DNA from: Diplonema japonicum
Taxonomy: Eukaryota; Protista; Euglenozoa: Diplonemea
Direction of reading: 5' to 3'
Length of the DNA stretch: 64,000 nucleotides
Assembly (NCBI GenBank): GCA_964019335.1
Contig: OZ025694.1
Span: forward strand, 434,001 to 498,000
This document shows positions 56,402 to 64,000 of this stretch, piece by piece. Below the pieces are notes generated by a model that saw nothing but the letters and a program-made list of their open reading frames with translations, searched no databases and was not told the DNA's origin. How positions within the stretch are numbered: position 1 is the first letter of the stretch; each line of letters starts with the position of its first letter. Position numbers and translations under genes: made by a program.

Positions 56402-58009
56402 ATGTTGCTCAATCATGCTGGAAACCAAGTTGGGAAGGAAAGGCAGGTGCTGGACGGGATGGGGGACAGGCCGGCACTGCCGATGGTGCGGTTCATGCTG
56501 GGTACGATATTGGTGATGGTGCCGCTGGGGCAGGTGCTTTGCTGGGCAAGACTGAGGACTACGCTGCAGAGGTATTTGGAATACAAGTCGGAGGGAGGCA
56601 CCATCGAGTCAATGGAACCAGTCACCATCTGCACGTGGGTGTCCTTCGCTCTGTCCACAGCCGTCTTCGGCAGGCTGGTTGAGATGTCTAGAAGTCCCAA
56701 ATCAGTAGCTCTTGTAGGTGCTGCCATAGGCGGTCTCGCGCTGATGCTGTCTTCTCTATGCACTTCAGTGGCGTCCATCAGCTTCTGCTATGGTGTGCTT
56801 CTAGGCATCTCGTGCGGAGCATACATCGTCCCCCTCTACTATGTCACGCAATGCTTCCCCCACACCTTGGGCGTCATGATGGGCTTCGCGACTGCCTGCT
56901 TTGCTACCGGTGAGATTGTCATGTACTACCTTATGGGGTACCTCCTCGACCTCACGGAGCTCCCACTCAACGCCGGAGAGGAGATTCCTTATGAGAACTT
57001 CAAGAAGGTCCCCTCCATGTTCAGGTACATTGCGATCTTGTATCTGGTGTCTGTGTTGCTGGGCGGGTTCCTGCTCCCCGAGCCGAAGGAGATCATGTTG
57101 AGGGGCATTGCGTTGGGCCCCATGGGACACTTCACCTTCGGCGCGGAGGAGAAACGAACGGACAAGTTCAGGATGTTGAAGAAATGGTATTTCTGGTTGC
57201 TTCCGTTGATGGCTTTTGTGGGGTTCTTGGCAGGGACACTGGTGGTGACGAACTATGTGGATGTTGGGGTGCAGCTCACGAACCTTTCAAGGGACGCGTC
57301 TGCCAGCGTGGGCGACTGGGCAGTCATCGCAGGCATAGTAGGACGGCTGATATGGGGCATGGTGTCAGATGCTTTTGGGTACCACTATGCGCTGCTTGCT
57401 GTGTCTGTGCTTATGGGCTCGTTCGTCATTTCTTTTGGATTCATCCACGACACTGGGCTGTTTCACATGTGGGCGTGCTTCCTGTACTTTTCATGGGCTG
57501 GCAACGCTGCCGTCCTTCCGACAGCCGTCGCTGAGTTATTTGGGAAGTCCGACTTTGCCTTTCACTTCCCGGTTGCCTTTATTGCAGCGTGTCTTGGGAT
57601 CGTCATGTCCATCTTACTTTCGACACCATTCGTGAACTCGTTTGACGGGCAGACCTCGCTCATGGTGATGGCGTTTTTGTGCGGTTGTTCAAACCTGTTG
57701 ATCTTCCCTGTTAGGTATTTCTGCACGAATTTGGAAGGGGAGCAGGTTTCTTCCCCTACCGATGGAACGCAGTCCGGGCTGCTTTCTCGCACTCATCAGA
57801 GCCAGTGCGGGCCTGCGAACGGTGGTGGTGCGCCTAACCTTACGGGGACGACAAATATTTCGTCTTCTGCGAATAGTTCGAACGAACAGCCTGATCCTTA
57901 TTACTTCTCTGCGTTCCGGCAGTTCAGTCGGGTGTCTGAGTCTGCTTCTCCCAAAACCCACCCAAAGCGCTTCAGTACGCTCCCTGGCGCTTTTGCGTTG
58001 GCTGAGTAG
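56402..58009 (+). CDS. MFS transporter (oxalate:formate antiporter/MCT-like)
   Basis: About 12 hydrophobic segments. Motifs GRLIWGMVSDAFG, YGVLLGISCG and AVAELFG. Start codon uncertain (56402 or 56459). Confidence 0.85.
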   Translation: MLLNHAGNQVGKERQVLDGMGDRPALPMVRFMLGTILVMVPLGQVLCWARLRTTLQRYLEYKSEGGTIESMEPVTICTWVSFALSTAVFGRLVEMSRSPKSVALVGAAIGGLALMLSSLCTSVASISFCYGVLLGISCGAYIVPLYYVTQCFPHTLGVMMGFATACFATGEIVMYYLMGYLLDLTELPLNAGEEIPYENFKKVPSMFRYIAILYLVSVLLGGFLLPEPKEIMLRGIALGPMGHFTFGAEEKRTDKFRMLKKWYFWLLPLMAFVGFLAGTLVVTNYVDVGVQLTNLSRDASASVGDWAVIAGIVGRLIWGMVSDAFGYHYALLAVSVLMGSFVISFGFIHDTGLFHMWACFLYFSWAGNAAVLPTAVAELFGKSDFAFHFPVAFIAACLGIVMSILLSTPFVNSFDGQTSLMVMAFLCGCSNLLIFPVRYFCTNLEGEQVSSPTDGTQSGLLSRTHQSQCGPANGGGAPNLTGTTNISSSANSSNEQPDPYYFSAFRQFSRVSESASPKTHPKRFSTLPGAFALAE

Positions 58010-58066
58010 TTGGGGTCGTTTCCCCCCCCCTCATCCTAGAAGTGTTTTTTTTTTCGCCCCGGTTTT

Positions 58067-58254
58067 GCTGGAACAAGTAAACAAATTTTTGAAAAGAATT
58101 GTTATTGCAAAAAAGAGTAGAGGCAGCTTGTCCGTTTATCCCTACTGTAGGCGAAAACGGCTTGCACAAACAAAAATATGGCTTGCGCAGACATCGACCC
58201 GTCTGAGTTGTCGGTTATGCTATATGCCGGCTTGCACAAACAATCAGCCGACTC
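58067..58254 (+). repeat. Dispersed repeat, subfamily 1, with internal direct duplication
   Basis: Matches 5040-5148. cggcttgcacaaacaa is repeated at about 58158 and 58228. Ends cagccgactc|T-run. Confidence 0.85.
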
Positions 58255-58859
58255 TTTTTTTTTTCTTCTTTCAATTGTTCTAAAATCACCTCTCCCCCCT
58301 AGGATCTCATAAAGATGAGTTGAATCCCACGCTTTTTTAATATGTCCCAAAAAAGGAAAAAAAGAACAGAAGATTTGCCCCATAGTTTTCTTTCTATTTT
58401 TTTTCCTCTATTTTCTTTTTCTATTTTTTTATGTGTAATGAACAAGAGAGAACAACGTGTTATTGTAATTACCAGAAAAAAGAAGGAAAAAAAGAGAAAG
58501 AAAGGCAGCATTATGCGTTACAAGTAATCTCTTAAATTAAAGGTAAGATTAAGAATTTGTAACCGCAGCTATTACGGGGAGTATATGGGTAGGCAACTGC
58601 GGGGGGGGGTTCGTTTTCTCTCTCTTTTTTTCCCGGGTCGTTGCTAAAAACCCCCTTCCCCCAAGTGCTAAGAAACGAGGACGTACCTCAAGGAAAGAAA
58701 AACCACATGGGTGTCTTCATTTAAGTGGGCTAAAGGTGTGCTTCGCTCAAGAATTCAAGTATTTGTTTCTTCCGTTTTTCGTCTTCTTCTTCTTCTTTTT
58801 TTCTTTTGCCACCTATCACTAAACTTAACAAAAGGGTTTTGTTGTCACCCAAGAAAGAT

Positions 58860-61800
58860 ATGTCGAGCACCAAGAGGAAGGTAGAGCTGACGGGAGAACT
58901 GTGGTACTCCTTAAGCAATGAAGGGCAGAAGATGAACTGTCATGTGAGCATACACAAGGGGGAGAAGGTGGTTAGGATTAGGTCGGCGGGGGCGAAGAGG
59001 AAGGTGGTTTTTGAGAAGAGGTACACCTCATTGAACATGCTGTCGACTTTCAGCCACATGCAGCAGGCTCCCGTAAAGGTTCCCGGGCAGGCAAAGTGGT
59101 ATTATTTAGTGCTGAATGTGAAGCCTGAAGGAAGGTTCCCCAGCGAAGTGATCATCTTGTCGACAAACAAGCAGATTGAATACAAAAAGTGGGAAGCGTT
59201 CCTCAGGTCCGAAGGTGAGGAAATTGCCAAGCGCCCCCCGCCCCAGACCATGACGATTCCTCCCACTGACCTGAAAGTACAGATTGCAGCGCTCCAAGCG
59301 GAGCGTAACCTCCTGAAGTCCCAGCTTCGTGGGTCCGATCTCGAGACTCCTGCAGCACTTCAGATCGCATGTGAAGAAGAAGCCGCGCGCAACGTGCTCC
59401 ACTCAGCTTACACGGACACCATGTCGTCCTTGTGCATGGTTCTTGCTGGCATCTTCTCCAGAGAGCTCTATGACCATAAGAAAAACATAACGTACAGCGC
59501 CAGTGCCTTGACAGGCTATCAGAGAAAGCTCGAAGACTACTCTCATTCCATCAAGGGTTTCTCACCCAGCCCATCGCGGTCCCCTCAGCTCGCCTGTTCT
59601 TCCCCCCGCCAGCCCCACTCCCCGATGTCCCCGAAGACAGACGACGTTTTGAAGCGCGATAACCTGCTCGAAGCAGCCGAGAACCTCTTGAGAAACGAGT
59701 CACGCCAGCGTTCTACAAAGTGGCTAGTTACCGATACCGTCTCTGTGAAGTCCATCGTTAACGGCGCAGTTTTGAAGGTCCTGCACAGGGGCGATGTCAT
59801 TGATGTGATTAGAAGGGAACAAGGCAAGGCATGTGTCTTCGTGACAGTCGAAGGTGTCCTAGCGGAGGACACCATCATCAAGAAGGGAGGCATCACACGC
59901 ATCAGCACCGACACGGTGCTTCAAATGGAAACCACGCAGCACGTCCTGCAGGAGGGCTGCAAGATAAACATTTTGTTAGGATTTTCTGTGTCGGTGGATC
60001 TGGAAGGCTGGGTGGATGTGACGGGTGTGATGGAACCTGTTTTAGGAGATGGCTGGATTGTTGCAAGCAAGGAAGGAGTGGCTGTGAGAGCATCATCCAG
60101 CCCCACAGCGTACGCCATGAGCACCTTGCAATTTGGCACTGTGGTGCAGGTTTCTGAAGCTACAGGAGGCAGTGTGCGTATTGTCTCCCCCATCATAGGT
60201 TGGGCATCCGTCGAAGAAGGTGGACGGCTCATGCTTGAGCGAGCCTGTGCACGCCGACAGGGAGACCTTGAGACGCAACTGCAGACGGCACAAGCCCGCA
60301 TCAGGGAGTTGGAAGGATTAAATGCATCTCTAGCAGCCAAGGCAGACTTGATGTCAGGGACGTTAGATGCAAAAGAGGAACAACTACAGAACATCAACAA
60401 AGAGTACGGCAAACTGAAGAAGGATCTTGATACGTGCAGAACTGAGACGGGACATGCTCGAGGACATGCAACAGAACAAAGCAGGATGGTCGAAGAGCTG
60501 CACGAGAAACTTGTTGTCAGGATTGAGGAAGTGGCTACGGTGAAGTCTGAAATGGAATCACTGCAAGACCAGCACCAAAAGACCTGCATTGAGGTGGAAC
60601 ACAGCAAACGCCTCGCGCTACAGGAACAGGAACAAGCCTTAAGCGACAGAGATGCTGCTGTCACAGAAAGCGAGCGCCTGAGAGCAGAAGTGACAGAGAT
60701 GACTGAGAAGCTCATTGAGACGGAAGAGCTGCTGATTGAAGCGGCAGCACAGCATGTGACCGTCGAAGAGGAGCATAGTCACCAGCTTGCTGTGAAGCAA
60801 CTTATCGAAGAAGAGCAAAGCACCATGTTACGGATCATGAAGGACGAGGCGTATGTTACGAGGCACATGCTGCTTGACACGATGCTTGCCATGGGGCAGT
60901 TCTCGGTGCGGGGCAGGAACGAGGCACGTGCCTTGCAAAAAGAAATAGAAGATGCTGTCACCACATACCGTGAAGCGCAGCAGCTGCAGGATGGTAAGCT
61001 GGCCGAGTCATACTGCGTGCGTGACAGCATGAATGAGAGAATAACAGAATTAGAGACCGAAGCACGTGCGCTGTGTGCGAGTTTCGAGGGGTGCATCGAT
61101 GAACACAAGGCGGCAAAGGAGCGTGATGTGCATGAAAAAGAACTACTGCACTTGACAATTGATGAGATGGCGCAGCGTAGGGCGCTGCACGGTAACGAAT
61201 CAGAAGATAGGATTGCCCTCTACCTTGAGCACCAGGAGGCAGTGGAGCGTGACCTTGCAGACACGCGCCTGGAGCTGCAGGATGCTGCTGAGAACGCGGA
61301 GGAGGCGGGCAATAGGTTGCTTCTATCGAAGCAGTCGGAGTACGGAGTTAACAAGCAGATCCGGGAGTTACAGAGGGAGTGTGCTGAACTGAAATCTGAC
61401 CTGTTCAACGAGAGGGACCAGCACGTGACGGGACAGCAGGACATGCGTCGGTTAGTTGCGAGCAAGGAGGACAAGTACAAAGAAGCCGTGGCAACTATCA
61501 AGGAGCTAGAAACCCGTGTTATGAACATGCAGATCAAGGACGCCTCACAGCAGGCACAAATGGCTCAGCTCAAGAAAACCGCAAGGATGCACAGCCGGCT
61601 GCATGAAGAGCTAGTGTGTGCCTTCGGTCAGGGAGATGCGTTGGAAAAGGTGAAGCACCTGAAGGCAACCCTGGGCGAGAGAGAAACGAGGGAGAAGCAA
61701 CTGTTGCAAGAAATGGCTAAGTTTGAGGTGGAGAAGTCAGTATCGATGGCTCTGCGTGAGCAGCTGTCGGCAGTTGAGAGCCAAAAACAGAAGATTGCCA

Positions 61801-62192
61801 AGCAGCTCACGCGGCAAGTGACGGAGCTGGAAGGGAAGTGCCGTGCAAAGGACGATGAAATAATGAAACTAGAGGAGTGGTCCATGCAGCAAGCATGCCA
61901 ACAGGCCATGGACATGGAGAACAGATGGAAGGACCCGCTGCATGTGAATAAGATAACCGAGCTATCGAAAAGAGCGGAAATAGCAGAAAAGAGTGAATGG
62001 TTGCTGCACAGGGAAAACAGCATCATGAAACAGCAGCTGCAGAAGTATGAGTTGAAATGCAAGGCGATGCGTTCTGTGTCTTCACATGTTGCACGCACCA
62101 CCTTCGAGGACACCCCCAAGAGCACCACAACGTGCAGGTATGGTTCACACTCACAACACTCGTCAACAGCCGCACGAGAGGCCGTGCTTTGA
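58860..62192 (+). CDS. Large coiled-coil protein with possible N-terminal PH-like and central SH3b-like domains
   Basis: First ATG at 58860. Long E/K/Q/L heptad-rich C-terminal half. GVAVRASSS...LQFGTVVQV...VRIVSPIIGWAS is SH3b-like. Confidence 0.75.
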   Translation: MSSTKRKVELTGELWYSLSNEGQKMNCHVSIHKGEKVVRIRSAGAKRKVVFEKRYTSLNMLSTFSHMQQAPVKVPGQAKWYYLVLNVKPEGRFPSEVIILSTNKQIEYKKWEAFLRSEGEEIAKRPPPQTMTIPPTDLKVQIAALQAERNLLKSQLRGSDLETPAALQIACEEEAARNVLHSAYTDTMSSLCMVLAGIFSRELYDHKKNITYSASALTGYQRKLEDYSHSIKGFSPSPSRSPQLACSSPRQPHSPMSPKTDDVLKRDNLLEAAENLLRNESRQRSTKWLVTDTVSVKSIVNGAVLKVLHRGDVIDVIRREQGKACVFVTVEGVLAEDTIIKKGGITRISTDTVLQMETTQHVLQEGCKINILLGFSVSVDLEGWVDVTGVMEPVLGDGWIVASKEGVAVRASSSPTAYAMSTLQFGTVVQVSEATGGSVRIVSPIIGWASVEEGGRLMLERACARRQGDLETQLQTAQARIRELEGLNASLAAKADLMSGTLDAKEEQLQNINKEYGKLKKDLDTCRTETGHARGHATEQSRMVEELHEKLVVRIEEVATVKSEMESLQDQHQKTCIEVEHSKRLALQEQEQALSDRDAAVTESERLRAEVTEMTEKLIETEELLIEAAAQHVTVEEEHSHQLAVKQLIEEEQSTMLRIMKDEAYVTRHMLLDTMLAMGQFSVRGRNEARALQKEIEDAVTTYREAQQLQDGKLAESYCVRDSMNERITELETEARALCASFEGCIDEHKAAKERDVHEKELLHLTIDEMAQRRALHGNESEDRIALYLEHQEAVERDLADTRLELQDAAENAEEAGNRLLLSKQSEYGVNKQIRELQRECAELKSDLFNERDQHVTGQQDMRRLVASKEDKYKEAVATIKELETRVMNMQIKDASQQAQMAQLKKTARMHSRLHEELVCAFGQGDALEKVKHLKATLGERETREKQLLQEMAKFEVEKSVSMALREQLSAVESQKQKIAKQLTRQVTELEGKCRAKDDEIMKLEEWSMQQACQQAMDMENRWKDPLHVNKITELSKRAEIAEKSEWLLHRENSIMKQQLQKYELKCKAMRSVSSHVARTTFEDTPKSTTTCRYGSHSQHSSTAAREAVL

Positions 62193-62321
62193 GCTTCACG
62201 ACGACACCACTGGAGCCCTCCGTGCCCTTCCCTTAGAATATAGAACTTTATTAGAGTTTAGTATAATAGACTATTGTGACAGTATAAATTATTGTGTTCA
62301 AAACTAAACCTATCAGGAGGG

Positions 62322-63284
62322 ATGGCTGTGCTACAGAGATTTCTGGCATGCCAGCTGACAAGGCCGCAAGCGGTACGTGTGTCGAAGTGGTATGAGAGCA
62401 TGACCGCACATGGAAACGACGAGAAAGGAGAGCTTTTAGAAGCCATGTGCAAGGGGCTGATGCAGGAGGAGGGGTATGAACACGCGGGCCCATGGTTAAG
62501 GGGACACGTGACTGGGGTGAGAATGAAGCCCCCTACCAAAGGTCAGAAGGGGTGCGGTGATGTGATATCTAGCTTGACGGGGAAGCCTTACTGGGAGCTT
62601 GAAGAGGCAGGGGTGACAGATGAAGCGCTGCGGCAAATGGCAGATGCGGCACAAGCGGATTTGCAGCATACGAAGGAGCACGATGCGTCGTTGTTCCAGC
62701 CCTACAGGAACCCTATGGACATGTGCGAGCCAGGTGCACAGCAGGACGACCTCGGGGGGATGGCGACGACGTCGGGGCATTGGAACGTGTCGTACCTAGA
62801 CATAGGGGAGGAGACGGGCAGGGAGCAAGCATCCTTCAGCACCACGCTGCAGAAGGTCAACGACGTGGTGCCTAATGGGTTTGGACACACTTTCATGTCG
62901 TGCTTGGCACCGCGCACGAACATCATGCCGCACTATGGGCCTACCAACAAAAAGCTTAGGCTGTACCTACCTGTGGTGGTCAAGGGAGACTGCGGGCTGC
63001 GTGTCGGCGGTGTGACCAAGCACCTCATGGAGGGTGTGGCCATCCTCTTCGACGACTCCTTCCTCCACAGCGCGTGGAACAACACTGACGCATCGAGGTT
63101 CGTTCTCATCACAGACGTGTGGCACCCTGACCTCTCCCGTGCAGAGGTTGCACTGCTTTCTATGATGCACACTCTGAACGAGCGGTTGGTCAAGACAATG
63201 CCGAACAACCCTTATCAGGTGATGCAGAGCGCACGGCAGGCCGCTGTAGAACCCACACAATTGTGGGCCGGGTGGGGCTTATGA
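62322..63284 (+). CDS. Aspartyl/asparaginyl beta-hydroxylase-domain protein (2OG-Fe(II) oxygenase)
   Basis: IMPHYGPTNKKLR...LRVGG...EG..ILFDDSFLHSAWN...RFVLITDVWHPDL. Confidence 0.9.
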   Translation: MAVLQRFLACQLTRPQAVRVSKWYESMTAHGNDEKGELLEAMCKGLMQEEGYEHAGPWLRGHVTGVRMKPPTKGQKGCGDVISSLTGKPYWELEEAGVTDEALRQMADAAQADLQHTKEHDASLFQPYRNPMDMCEPGAQQDDLGGMATTSGHWNVSYLDIGEETGREQASFSTTLQKVNDVVPNGFGHTFMSCLAPRTNIMPHYGPTNKKLRLYLPVVVKGDCGLRVGGVTKHLMEGVAILFDDSFLHSAWNNTDASRFVLITDVWHPDLSRAEVALLSMMHTLNERLVKTMPNNPYQVMQSARQAAVEPTQLWAGWGL

Positions 63285-63424
63285 TGATATCACACATCTC
63301 ATCTTTCATGCTTCGATTAGACGCTTTTTGTTTGGGTTTTGATTCTTTCTTTCCCCTCTTAGAAATCCCTTATTAAACTAAAAGGAGAGCAAGAAAAAAG
63401 AAAAAGAAAGAAAAAAAGAAAGAG

Positions 63425-64000
63425 ATGCGAACGATCGTGAGCCTGCTGCTAGCGGGGTGCGTGGCGGCTGTCGACGAGTGCATCATACAAACGTCGGACG
63501 GGAACACGCTGGACCTCAGCGGGCTGCCTATGCAGGTCTTTAAGATGCAGTCGGCACCTTGGAACGACGTGGAAACCCTGTCATTCGGCTGGTGCCAGAA
63601 GTCGGTGTTGGCAACTAACGTACCGGAAGGAATGACGCCGTGCTCCGGGTATCCTTTCTACTTCACGAAACATGCCGCGTCAGGGCACTGCGACCAGCTT
63701 CTACCGGAGTGGAAGGGGAGCCAGGTAAAGATGGAAAACGATGGGTACACAGTCACGTACACAATTGCAGACACAGCAGGTTATGTGACAGCAACCTTCA
63801 CGTTGAAATGCGACAAAGATATGGAGCCCGAAGAGATTGTGTGTGACCCTTCTGTGAGAAATGGGTGTTATCTTAATAGGGAAAACGGGCCAACAACGGG
63901 CACGTACGTCTTCGAGACGAGCTTCCTGACTGGCGCTACGTGCCCACAGCCCTCTTCCTCCTCCTCCTCGGCGTGTGGCGGTGGATGTGCCTTCCTCATT
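63425..64000 (+). CDS. 3'-partial secretory protein, probably mannose-6-phosphate-receptor-homology (ATG27/M6PR-like)
   Basis: Not in the ORF track because it runs off the end. MRTIVSLLLAGCVAA signal, DECIIQTSDGNTLDLSGL, spaced Cys, a Ser linker and the start of a hydrophobic segment; 192 codons open. Confidence 0.6.
   Translation, partial: MRTIVSLLLAGCVAAVDECIIQTSDGNTLDLSGLPMQVFKMQSAPWNDVETLSFGWCQKSVLATNVPEGMTPCSGYPFYFTKHAASGHCDQLLPEWKGSQVKMENDGYTVTYTIADTAGYVTATFTLKCDKDMEPEEIVCDPSVRNGCYLNRENGPTTGTYVFETSFLTGATCPQPSSSSSSACGGGCAFLI

Overview
Eukaryotic genomic window, most likely a euglenozoan protist of the diplonemid type (inference). Every credible protein gene lies on the + strand. Intergenic regions are homopolymer-rich, and three short GT-AG cis-introns are visible. 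Contents in order: the 3' end of a kinase/ankyrin gene; two decayed non-LTR retrotransposons; a tandem family of three secreted or surface proteins, each with three PLAT/LH2-like domains (one carries a Cys-rich N-terminus, a Pro-Thr stalk and five WSC domains, the other two are giant mucin-like single-pass membrane proteins); an amino-acid transporter; a MATE transporter; a decayed piggyBac element with TTAT target duplication; two HPP-family paralogues; a frameshifted Ser/Pro-rich membrane gene; an ABCA-derived ORF lacking functional ATPase domains; a transmembrane thioredoxin; an MFS transporter; a coiled-coil protein; an Asp/Asn beta-hydroxylase-like protein; and the start of an MRH-domain protein. 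Most notable observations: (1) a mosaic surface-protein family in which a near-identical DNA hub in PLAT domain 3 joins different heads to different stalks; (2) an intact but ATPase-dead chimeric ABCA ORF; (3) a dispersed ~130-bp repeat family in T-runs that carries a conserved YAG|G splice-site-like core; (4) MITEs sitting in poly-C tracts, including a perfect 153-bp-arm foldback; (5) a small unnamed domain shared by two unrelated proteins. Domain names come from motif recognition by eye. No database search was run.
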